Below, piece by piece: positions 9,197 through 17,786 of a stretch of 64,000 bases of DNA (position 1 is the first letter of the stretch; each line of letters begins with the position of its first letter). The position numbers were made by a program, and so were the translations under genes. The stretch is from Candidatus Latescibacterota bacterium (GTDB lineage Bacteria; Latescibacterota; UBA2968; UBA8231). The DNA lies in NCBI GenBank assembly GCA_965223905.1, contig CBDCXV010000011.1, forward strand, positions 1,504,001-1,568,000, in the 5' to 3' direction. Below the pieces are notes generated by a model. That model did no database searches. It saw only the letters and a program-made list of their open reading frames with translations, and was not told where the DNA came from.

Positions 9197-10087
9197 ATGA
9201 GCGACGCGAACCCCGGAAGCGAAACCGGCGGCGGTTCTCCGTTCCCGGTCCTGACCCCTGCACAGCGGATGTACCTCGAGGTCAACGGGTACGTCGTTCT
9301 GAAGGAGTTCATATCCGGCGAGCGGGTGCGGGAGCTGCTCGACACCATCCGCCGGATGGAGGCGGAGTACCGCGCGACCGGCGCCCTCCCTGGCTCCGAC
9401 TGCCACCTGTCGGCAACGAGCGAGGAGTACTTCCGCATCGACAACCTGCCCCACCTGGCTCCCTGCTTCTTCGACTACGTCACCGATCCCCGGATCGTCG
9501 CCGCGGCCGAGGAGATCACCGGCGGCACGGTGCGCCTCGAGCAGTCGGACGCCCACGTGCGCAGGCCGGGCGCCGCCAACGAGAGCTACGGGTTCCACCG
9601 CAGCATCAGCAACGGCTACGGCCACGTCAGCGAGTCCGGACTCTACCACTACTCGTTCGTCAAGGCGCTGACCAACCTCACCGACCTGGGGCCGGACGAC
9701 GGCGGCACCGCGGTGATCGCCGGCACCCACAAGGTCCCGCCCGAAGTCGGCAGGGAGGAAATGATAACCGCGGCCATGGAAGACCCGCGCCTCATCCACC
9801 AGGTCGAGGCTCCAACCGGCTCCACCTTGCTGTTCTTCGAGTCGCTCATGCACTCCCACGGGATCATGCGCTCCGGCCGCGAGCGCGTGCTCGTGATCGG
9901 CGGCTACACCCCGACGATGTTCCAGACCTGGCGCGGGTACGAGCCGAGCGCCGATTTTGTCGCCACCCTGCCGGACGAGCACCGCGCCCTGCTCACCGGG
10001 GAAGCGCGCTACGGTGTGCAGCGAAAGGGCCGCGACCTCGGAACCCCGGCGCGGACCACGCCTGCAAACGGAGAAACCGGATCTTGA
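9197..10087 (+). CDS. PhyH-family Fe(II)/2OG dioxygenase with non-canonical H-R-S metal motif
   Basis: EVNGYVVLKEF, DGGTAVIAGTHK, GSTLLFFESLMH. Motif FHRS in place of HxD. ATG alternatively at 9140. Confidence 0.85.
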   Translation: MSDANPGSETGGGSPFPVLTPAQRMYLEVNGYVVLKEFISGERVRELLDTIRRMEAEYRATGALPGSDCHLSATSEEYFRIDNLPHLAPCFFDYVTDPRIVAAAEEITGGTVRLEQSDAHVRRPGAANESYGFHRSISNGYGHVSESGLYHYSFVKALTNLTDLGPDDGGTAVIAGTHKVPPEVGREEMITAAMEDPRLIHQVEAPTGSTLLFFESLMHSHGIMRSGRERVLVIGGYTPTMFQTWRGYEPSADFVATLPDEHRALLTGEARYGVQRKGRDLGTPARTTPANGETGS

Positions 10088-10869
10088 CCACCTCATTCGC
10101 AGACCACCTCGAAGCCCGCTTCGAGAAGGAAGGGTACGTCCGTCTCGGACGGCTGCTTTCCGACGACGAGCTGTCGGCCCTGTGCCGGCGCAGCGACGAC
10201 CTGATGCTCGGCAACGTCGTCATCGACGGGATCGTCTTTCAGCTCGACCCGGAAAGCCGGCGCTACCGGAACCTGCCGGGGGGAACCGCCGGTCCCTCCC
10301 AGCCCACCCTCGGCTACCGGCGCATCGACGAGCTTCACCTCGACCCGCTGTTCCTCGCCTACATGCAGCACCCCCTCTTCCGCGACCTGACCCGCCGCCG
10401 CATCGGCGAGAACGTCTCCGTGTTCCGCTCGATGTTCATGAACAAACCGGCCAGCAGGGGGACCGAGCTGCCCTGGCACCAAGACGTCGGCAAGGGCTGG
10501 GGGATCGATTCCGACCCCACCACCACGGTCTGGACCGCCCTCGACGACGCCACCACGGCTTCGGGCTGCATGCAGATCGTGCCGGGCAGCCACAAGCTGG
10601 GGATCCTCAACGAGGGGCACTTCACTTCCGAGGAGGACCAGGCCGCCCACTGCAGCCCCGGCAAGTTCATCGATCTCGAGGTCGAGGCGGGGGAGGCGGT
10701 GCTGATCCACAACTGGATGCTGCATCGATCCGGGATCAACAGGACCGGCAGGCCGCGGCGCGCCTTCAGCATCGCCTACATGGACGCCGCCACGAGAAGC
10801 CTCGACGGCGGTCGGAGCTTTCCGGTCATCTTCGGGGAAGGGGCCCTGGCCCCGCAGCAGGCTGCCTGA
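10084..10869 (+). CDS. PhyH-family Fe(II)/2OG dioxygenase
   Basis: PWHQD, WTALDDAT..SGCMQIVPGSHK, MLHRSG.N...RRAF. TTG start overlaps the upstream stop. Confidence 0.9.
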   Translation: MTTSFADHLEARFEKEGYVRLGRLLSDDELSALCRRSDDLMLGNVVIDGIVFQLDPESRRYRNLPGGTAGPSQPTLGYRRIDELHLDPLFLAYMQHPLFRDLTRRRIGENVSVFRSMFMNKPASRGTELPWHQDVGKGWGIDSDPTTTVWTALDDATTASGCMQIVPGSHKLGILNEGHFTSEEDQAAHCSPGKFIDLEVEAGEAVLIHNWMLHRSGINRTGRPRRAFSIAYMDAATRSLDGGRSFPVIFGEGALAPQQAA

Positions 10870-11101
10870 TTCCCCCGGGCGCGGCGTCCTTCCAAGACGA
10901 ACCACCTTCCTTTCGCCGAGGCGTCCGTCTCTCAAGCCTCCTGAGCGGGCCGTCCAGGGGGGTTGTTCTGCGAGCCGGGGAAACCCGGGAACCGGGAACC
11001 GATGGGACCACCGCACAGATTTTCCGGGTTGGATTGAACCGGGGATTTCTCCATCGAGATGAAGCGGCCGCCGAATTCCCGCGGAGTTGCGCGTGCGGGC
11101 G

Positions 11102-12331
11102 CTATCCCAGGCGGCCCCTCTCCCAGGAAGCGAACCAGTTCTCCACCGTCATCCCCGCGGGCACTTCCTCGAACAGGTAGCGGGTCTCGCGGCCCTGGAA
11201 GCCGGGAAGGACGGTCTCCTCCTCCCCCTGCATGACCTCGTCGACCGGCTCGAACCGCTGCCACAGCAGGCTCGCCTCCTCCGGTGTGAAGCGCTCCCCC
11301 AGCGGCAGGCCCCACTGCAGGGTCATCGGGTGGACCATCTGCATGCGGGTCTTCTCGGTTTCGGTGAGTTCCTCCGGATCCCGGCAGCGCTGGTTGTAGA
11401 TGTGGCGCGCCGTCTTGCTCAGGCAGATCGTCGACTTGACGATCCCCTTGTCGCCGCGGCCGGGATGGAGCTCGTCGAGGGCGCCGCGGAAGGCCGCCTC
11501 GTCCCGGGCCATGGCGGCGCGGAAAGCCGCCTCCGCCGAGTCGATGTACTCCCGGGAGCGCCGGTGCCAGCGGGTGCAGGTCTCCTGCGCCGCCGGCGAC
11601 AGGTACTCCATCCAGCGGATGTCGTCCCACTGCGTCAGGCGGGCGAATCCCCCGTGGACGGTGCGCCGCATCTTCGTCGTGTAGTTGCTGCCCCAGTGCA
11701 GGATCGGCAGGATGTAGGCGACGCCGTCCCCGGCGTTCAGGTGGGTCTGAACCCCGCCGGGAACCGGGGCTCTCGGGTTGGCCGCCATCGACGCGTTCTC
11801 CTCCCCGGTGTTCGGGCGCACGTGGGTGCCCGGGACGACCCAGAGCACGTCGTCGTCGTAGAGGGGAATGTTCCACTGCACGTAGCGCGGGCCGTTCTCG
11901 AGGATGTCGTCCGCATAGGCCATCAGCGGGGCGTTCAGCGGCGGGTAGAAGTCGCGGTGCCAGGCAGCCGGCCCGCGGTCGGAGACCGGGTTGCACATCA
12001 TCATCATTTCGGTGTTGGGGGCGTCCTCTTCGGCCAGCAGGTGGCTGCTCACGCCCTGGGTGTTCTCGTGCAGCCACAGCTCGATGGCCGGGGCGGTCTC
12101 CCGGTCGTGCTCCGCACCCATGCCGTTGATGTGCAGGCGGGGCTGGTTCCCGGTCTCCCAGACGCCCCCGGGGGGATCGTCGGGGCCTGCCTGGCGGGCC
12201 CAGACCTCCCGCTGGCGCTCGACCAGGAGCTCGTGGCACCGCCGCATTCTTTCGAGATCCCCCGGCGCGATCACCTGTCGCAGGATGACGAACCCCTGCT
12301 CGAGGAACTCATCCCTGTCTGCTTTTATCAT
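11102..12331 (-). CDS. PhyH-like dioxygenase with C-terminal helical extension (409 aa)
   Basis: EQGFVILRQV, WHRD, YVQWNIPLYDDDVLWVVPGTH, ILHWGSNY. ATGA overlap with upstream gene. Confidence 0.85.
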   Translation of the reverse strand: MIKADRDEFLEQGFVILRQVIAPGDLERMRRCHELLVERQREVWARQAGPDDPPGGVWETGNQPRLHINGMGAEHDRETAPAIELWLHENTQGVSSHLLAEEDAPNTEMMMMCNPVSDRGPAAWHRDFYPPLNAPLMAYADDILENGPRYVQWNIPLYDDDVLWVVPGTHVRPNTGEENASMAANPRAPVPGGVQTHLNAGDGVAYILPILHWGSNYTTKMRRTVHGGFARLTQWDDIRWMEYLSPAAQETCTRWHRRSREYIDSAEAAFRAAMARDEAAFRGALDELHPGRGDKGIVKSTICLSKTARHIYNQRCRDPEELTETEKTRMQMVHPMTLQWGLPLGERFTPEEASLLWQRFEPVDEVMQGEEETVLPGFQGRETRYLFEEVPAGMTVENWFASWERGRLG

Positions 12332-13194
12332 GACTCCCCCATCGCGAGCATCCGCCTCGCCGAGGCGATGACCTGCTTCGCTGTTTCTTCCGGCTCCTGC
12401 TTTTCCAGCTCGGCGTCGAAAGGCTCCACCGTCACCGGACCGTCGTAGCCGATCGCCTCGAGGCAGCGCACGAAACCCGCCGCGTCGATGATCCCGGTGG
12501 CGCAGGGCAGCCGCCGCTCGAGGTCCATCTGCTGATCGCGGCCGCGGCCTTCGACGCCGTCGTTGATGTGCACGAGGACGGTCTTCCGGTTGTCGAGAAG
12601 CCGGGTCAGCTCCTCCTCGGTGCCGCCGCTGGTGTACCAGTGGTAGCTGTCGAGCAGCACGCCGACGTACTGCTCCCGCGCCGGCGCGATCGCCGCCGCC
12701 AGGTCGAGCATCTGCGGCAGGGTGTGGACGAACTCGTACTTCATCTCGTCCCGCAGCGTCTTCGGTCCGATGAACTCGAGACCGAAACGGATGCCGTGGT
12801 CGGCCATCAGCCGCGCCATCGGCGCCAGGCGCTCGACGTGGAGCTGGAAGTTCGCCGCGTACTCGAGGTCGTCGCTGCAGGGCCGCGCCCCCGACACCCC
12901 GCGGTCGCAGCCGAGGCGCCGGGCGATGGGCAGCCACCTGCTCAGCTCATCCATCCGCTGCTCGTAGACCGCCCGCTCTCCGGCGTAGTCCCAGGGCGCG
13001 CCGAAGCTGCCGAACTCCAGGCCGGCCGAGGCCATCGCCTCCTCGATCTGCTCCAGGGAGAGGGTTTCCCTGCCCTCGCCGATGCGGCTCAGCGGCAGAT
13101 CGATTCCGCCGTACCCGTGGCGGGCCGCCAGCGGGGTCAGGTCTCCCAGGGGCAGGTCGATACCGACTGCGTCGGGCTGCAGGTTGATGTACAT
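12328..13194 (-). CDS. Sugar phosphate isomerase/epimerase (xylose-isomerase-like TIM barrel)
   Basis: GLEFIG, LLDSYHWY, VHIND, RRLP..TG.ID, GYDGPVTVEPF. Confidence 0.88.
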   Translation of the reverse strand: MYINLQPDAVGIDLPLGDLTPLAARHGYGGIDLPLSRIGEGRETLSLEQIEEAMASAGLEFGSFGAPWDYAGERAVYEQRMDELSRWLPIARRLGCDRGVSGARPCSDDLEYAANFQLHVERLAPMARLMADHGIRFGLEFIGPKTLRDEMKYEFVHTLPQMLDLAAAIAPAREQYVGVLLDSYHWYTSGGTEEELTRLLDNRKTVLVHINDGVEGRGRDQQMDLERRLPCATGIIDAAGFVRCLEAIGYDGPVTVEPFDAELEKQEPEETAKQVIASARRMLAMGES

Positions 13195-13391
13195 GTCCGC
13201 TTCCTTTCGATCTTCCGGGGCGTCTGCTACCTGGGGCGCGCCGGTCTCTTGCGGCTACGCATCAAGCGGAAGCAGCGGCCGGGCCGCGGCCCCGAGCCGG
13301 AAATCTGCTGCATTCCCCCTTCCGCGTCGATTGGGGGCGATTGCTCCTGTCCAGCGCGGCCGCAAGCCTTCGGGGCCGGGCGCTTCGGCAC

Positions 13392-14420
13392 TTAGAACAG
13401 GTCCTCGAAGGCCACCGGCGGCGACCCGGAGCCGGCTTTGATGAAGGAGATCAGGTCGAGGAGCTGTTGCACCGTGTAGCGGCTTGCGTAGGTATCCGGC
13501 ATGGCGGAACGGGAGGTCTGCTGCTCGCTGAGGACCCTGTCCTTGCGGATGTTCCGGCGCACTGGCGGAAAGCGGGTTACGTCGAAAAGCTTGACGCGGG
13601 TTTCAGTCTCCCCGAGACGAAGGACCTCGAGCGTGTCCCCCGCGGTCGTCACCAGCTCGATGACGCGGCCGTCCGGGATTGCGAAGAGGTTCGGGGTCAG
13701 GATCTCCCGCAGCAGCATCCGCGGCGGTGCCGAGGCCAGCAGTCCGAGCTCGGGACCTACCGCCGACCCCCTGCCGCCGATGGCGTGGCAGTGGGCGCAG
13801 CCGTGATCGTCGCCGGAGTCGAAGAAGAGGGAGCGCCCCCTGCCGGAGTCCCCGACGAGGCCGGAGGTTCCGCTGGGGACCGGAGCCGGTTCGGTGGTTC
13901 TTCTCACCCGGCGGACGTTCGCCGCGGAGTATCGTCCGCCCCCGAACACCGGGTCGGGGTCCCCGGGGGCGAGGTCCGCCAGCGTCTGGATGAACGAGAC
14001 GATGGAGGCGATCTCATCCTCGCTCATCCGGTCCCCCCAGCTGCCCATGGTCGAGTTGGGGATGCCGTCCCTGATAACCCGGCCGAGGTAGTCGGCGGGC
14101 AGCTTCCTGCCGCGCAGGCGCGGCCCCCGGCCGGCCCGACCCCCCTTGCCGTGGCAGTACCCGACCGAGCAGTTGCGGGCGAACAGCACCTGACCCTGGA
14201 AGAGGACGGAATCGTCGGCAGCCCCGGAACGCGCTGCGAGTTCGGAACCCCCTTCGACCTTTGAAGGCTCTTCCAGCTTGGAACGCCCTTCGGCCGTTCC
14301 GGGTGGATCCGCATGGTTCGAGGCCGCCTCCCCGGACACGGGTACGGCGGCGAGACATCCGCTGCAGACCAGAAGAACGGCGAGCAACCGACGGCAGTGC
14401 ACGGTCACGGCTCGGTCCAT
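13392..14420 (-). CDS. Secreted dihaem c-type cytochrome (CX4CH + CXXCH putative haem-binding domain)
   Basis: Signal peptide. CSVGYCHG...GIPNSTM. CAHCHAIGGRGSAVGPEL...SAMP...LLDLISFI. Directly downstream of the PQQ enzyme. Confidence 0.82.
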   Translation of the reverse strand: MDRAVTVHCRRLLAVLLVCSGCLAAVPVSGEAASNHADPPGTAEGRSKLEEPSKVEGGSELAARSGAADDSVLFQGQVLFARNCSVGYCHGKGGRAGRGPRLRGRKLPADYLGRVIRDGIPNSTMGSWGDRMSEDEIASIVSFIQTLADLAPGDPDPVFGGGRYSAANVRRVRRTTEPAPVPSGTSGLVGDSGRGRSLFFDSGDDHGCAHCHAIGGRGSAVGPELGLLASAPPRMLLREILTPNLFAIPDGRVIELVTTAGDTLEVLRLGETETRVKLFDVTRFPPVRRNIRKDRVLSEQQTSRSAMPDTYASRYTVQQLLDLISFIKAGSGSPPVAFEDLF

Positions 14421-14646
14421 CCCCGGATCGGCACCGCCTTTCCCGTGATTAGGCGACCTGCCGCGTCGCTCTGAACAGCTTCCTGAAAGTTGCGGCCGGC
14501 TTTCCGCAGACTTGGCCCCTGGGCTGGCCGGCCCCCCCGCTTCTCCGCCCTCGCGCGCCCCGATCTTCGCCCGGCCCCCTTCAAGACGGCTTCCACCACG
14601 AGTTGCCGGAATCGGCGGAACTGGCGCCGCCCCGGTCGGCAGCCAC

Positions 14647-16326
14647 CTACTTCAGGGAAAACACGAAGAGCGCCCCGCCCCCGGGAAAGTCCTCCATCTC
14701 CGGCCAGATCTGCGGCAGCAGGCCGCCGACCGCGGAGCCCCAGCCGGAGGGCACGGCGATGTACTGGGTCCCGTCCACGGCGTAGGTGATCGGCGAGCCG
14801 CGGTGGCCCGACCCGGTATTGAAGCTCCACAGCACCTCGCCGCTCTCGGCGTCGAAGGCGAGGAACCGCCCCTCCGGGTCGCCGGTGAACACCAGGTTGC
14901 CCCCGGTGGCAAGCGAGGAGGCCAGCAGCGCGTACTTCGACCGGTAGGTCCACTTCTTCTCCCCCGTGACCGGGTCGTAGGCGTCGAAGTGGCTGTACGG
15001 TTCACCGTCCGGCGGCGGGCGCAGCTCAAACTCGGCGGCGATCCACTCGTCGCCCATCTCCACCTCCTGCTTCTCGGCGGTCACCTCCTGGCAGAACTCG
15101 AGGCCGGTCTGGTACAACAGCCCGGTCTTCGGGCTGTAGGCGGCGTGGTTCCAGCTCCTCCCCCCGCATATGGAGGGGCAGAGGAAGACAGGTACGTTCG
15201 GCGGCGGCTCGTTCCTTCCCAGCAGCTCGCCCTTCGCCCCGACCCCGGTGATCCAGGTGATGTTGTCCGCGTGCGGCCAGGCGCCGATGAACTCGCCGTT
15301 GGTGCGATCGAGGACGTAGGTGTAGCCCCCCTTGTTCGGGTTGATCAGCAGCTTGCGCATCTCCCCCTCCACCGGCAGGTCGATGAGGATCTGCTCGTAC
15401 GCGGCGTCCCAGTCCCAGACGTCGTAGGGGATCTCCTGGAAGTGCCACTTCCGCTCCCCGGTATCCGGGTCGAGGGCGATCATGCAGTTGGTGTAGAGGT
15501 TCAGGCCGCGGCGGTCCTCGCCGTAGAAGTCCGAGGAGGGGTTGCCGATGCCCCAGTAGAGCAGGTCGAGCTCCGGGTCGTAGGAGCCGGTCAGCCAGGT
15601 CGAGCCGCCGCCCAGCTTCCAGCTTTCCCCGAGCCAGGTTTCGTTCCCCTCCTCCCCTTCGCCGGGGATCGTGTAGAAGCGCCAGGCATGCCTGCCGGTC
15701 TCGGCGTCGTAGGCGTTGATGTACCCCCGGTGCGCGGAATCCCCCGCGGTCACCCCGACCACCACCTTGTCCTTCACCACCAGCGGCGCCCCTGTGATGT
15801 TGCAGCCGCACTCCTGCCAGTCCTCGATGTTGACGTCCCACACCAGCTCGCCGGTCTCGGCGTCGAGTGCTACCAGGTGGTTGTCTATGGTGCCCATGAA
15901 GACCAGCCCGTTGCCGAGGGCGACGCCGCGGTTCCAGGGGCCGTAGAGGAGGCCGAAGTCCTCCGGTTTGGGATGGTAGTAGTGCCACAGCTCTACGCCG
16001 GTGACCGCGTCGATGGCGAACACCCGGTTCCAGGAGGAGGTGATGTACATGACCCCGTCGGCCACCAGCGGGGTGCAGGAGAAGCCGCCGTCGACGACCC
16101 CGGTCTGGAACACCCAGGCCGCGGACAGGTCGGCGACGTTGTCGCGGTTGACCTGGTCGAGGGGAGAGTAGCGCCAGGCGTTGTAGGTGCCGCCGTAGGT
16201 GAGCCAGTTCTCCGGCTCGCCGGCGGCGTTTGCGAGGCGTTGGGTGTCGATTTCACCAGCCTGCGCCGGCGCGGTTGCGAGCAGCGCGAGGGCGGCGAGG
16301 GCCGCGGCGAGTTTTCCCGTTTTCAT
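14647..16326 (-). CDS. PQQ-dependent dehydrogenase (methanol/ethanol quinoprotein superfamily)
   Basis: Signal peptide. WLTYGG..RYSPLDQVNRDNV, NRGVA, ITGAPL, YWGIGNP, VWDWDA, AFDAESGEVLWSF, YAVDGTQYIAV. Confidence 0.92.
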   Translation of the reverse strand: MKTGKLAAALAALALLATAPAQAGEIDTQRLANAAGEPENWLTYGGTYNAWRYSPLDQVNRDNVADLSAAWVFQTGVVDGGFSCTPLVADGVMYITSSWNRVFAIDAVTGVELWHYYHPKPEDFGLLYGPWNRGVALGNGLVFMGTIDNHLVALDAETGELVWDVNIEDWQECGCNITGAPLVVKDKVVVGVTAGDSAHRGYINAYDAETGRHAWRFYTIPGEGEEGNETWLGESWKLGGGSTWLTGSYDPELDLLYWGIGNPSSDFYGEDRRGLNLYTNCMIALDPDTGERKWHFQEIPYDVWDWDAAYEQILIDLPVEGEMRKLLINPNKGGYTYVLDRTNGEFIGAWPHADNITWITGVGAKGELLGRNEPPPNVPVFLCPSICGGRSWNHAAYSPKTGLLYQTGLEFCQEVTAEKQEVEMGDEWIAAEFELRPPPDGEPYSHFDAYDPVTGEKKWTYRSKYALLASSLATGGNLVFTGDPEGRFLAFDAESGEVLWSFNTGSGHRGSPITYAVDGTQYIAVPSGWGSAVGGLLPQIWPEMEDFPGGGALFVFSLK

Positions 16327-16435
16327 GGCCTTGCTCCGTTTTCAGGTGATTGGCGGAACGGTCTCGACAAAAGCTGTTCGAGCGGGCCCTAACTAATCCC
16401 GTACCGGATGGCGGCGCAATCGGGGCGCGGTGCTT

Positions 16436-16905
16436 CCCCGGCGATTTCTCACGGCCCCGGCCGCTCACGGTTTCCTGTTGCCGGCCTCCCCTTGGAATGC
16501 AACTCCTCGGGGGCGGAACCGCCACTGTTGGCGGGAGGCATTCGTGGCTGCCCTGTTTCCTGGAATTTCCGGGCCTCTGCGCAGCCCTTCACCGGTTACC
16601 GACCTTGCCCGCGAAAGGGAGCCTCCGGGCCTCAGATGCCGACCCTCAGCAGTTGCCGGACTTCCCTGCGAAAGCGACCCCTCCCCGGGCGAAGGGGCGG
16701 ATTCGAGGGCTACCATGCCCCGGCGATTTTTTCTGGCCTCTGCCGCAGACCCTCCGCGGTTGCCGGCCTCCCCCGCAGAAGGCGAGGCTCCCCGCCGGTG
16801 CGGCCGACTGTCGACCGCGCATTCAGGATGGCTCTTCCCCCAGGCGATACCCCGCTTCCCCTTGCCACAAGCGGCCCCTCACAGGGAGGCGCTACCAGTG
16901 TTGAC
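16436..16905. repeat. Degenerate intergenic tandem repeat (about 4-5 imperfect units)
   Basis: CCCCGGCGATTT...GTTGCCGGCCTCCCC at 16436 and 16718. CCGGGCCTC...GCGAAAG at ~16569 and ~16625. CCCCAGGCGAT at ~16838. Confidence 0.55.
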
Positions 16906-16994
16906 GGAGCCCGGACGCCCCCCTAAGCTACCGGCCGCAAGGTGATGAAAATGCCCCGCCCCAGGCGCGGCGAACCCATTCCGGAGGACTCGAA

Positions 16995-17753
16995 ATGGCA
17001 GTGGAACGAGACAGTGCAGCAGACGACGTGCAGCCCGGTCCGGTAACTGAAGCCCGGCGCCGCGGCCGCGGCCCCCTGATCTGGCTGGCCGGGGACCCGG
17101 AGGACCTGAAGGAGTGGATGCCCCTCGGCATCGCCGGCATCGTCACCAACACGGTTGTGCTCAACCAGATGGTCAAGAAGTACGGCCCGGTGATCGACGT
17201 CGTGAAGGCCTACCTCGACATCACCGACAAGCCGCTGGTGGTCGAAATCGACGGCCATAGCGTCGAGGAGCTGCTCGACGTCGGCGGCGTCTTCACCGCG
17301 ATGTCGGACCAGGTCATCCTCAAGATCCCCTGCACCGTGAACGGCCTCAAGGCGTTCGCCGCCTTCCGCGACGAAGGGGTGGAAACCTACTGCACCACCT
17401 GCTTCTCGCTGACCCAGGCCGCGGCCGTCGCCCAGGCCGGCGTCAACCACATCCTGCCGTTCTGCGATCCCGTGAAAGCGGTCGGAGGGGATCCCACCAA
17501 GCTCATCCGCGAGTGCGTGCGGATGTTCGGCGGCTGGGAGCAGCGCCCCTTCATCCAGGCCGCCCTGATCCGCTCGGTGGATACCGCGTACGCCGCCTTC
17601 CGCGACGGCTGCGACGAGCTCGTCACCATGTGGACGGTCTACCGCGACATGATGGAGCATCCGCTCACCGATCAGTGGAACAAGACCTTCATGGACGAGT
17701 GGGTCGACATGCACGAGAACGGCATGCTCGAGGGGCTGCCTGTGCGCCTGTAG
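16995..17753 (+). CDS. Transaldolase/fructose-6-phosphate aldolase family protein
   Basis: GIVTNT, Schiff-base VILKIPCT.NGLKA, TTCFSLTQAAAVAQAG, HPLTDQ. GGAGG RBS. Confidence 0.85.
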   Translation: MAVERDSAADDVQPGPVTEARRRGRGPLIWLAGDPEDLKEWMPLGIAGIVTNTVVLNQMVKKYGPVIDVVKAYLDITDKPLVVEIDGHSVEELLDVGGVFTAMSDQVILKIPCTVNGLKAFAAFRDEGVETYCTTCFSLTQAAAVAQAGVNHILPFCDPVKAVGGDPTKLIRECVRMFGGWEQRPFIQAALIRSVDTAYAAFRDGCDELVTMWTVYRDMMEHPLTDQWNKTFMDEWVDMHENGMLEGLPVRL

Positions 17754-17786
17754 CCGGATCCTGCACCGGGATAGCAGGGAGTTCCC

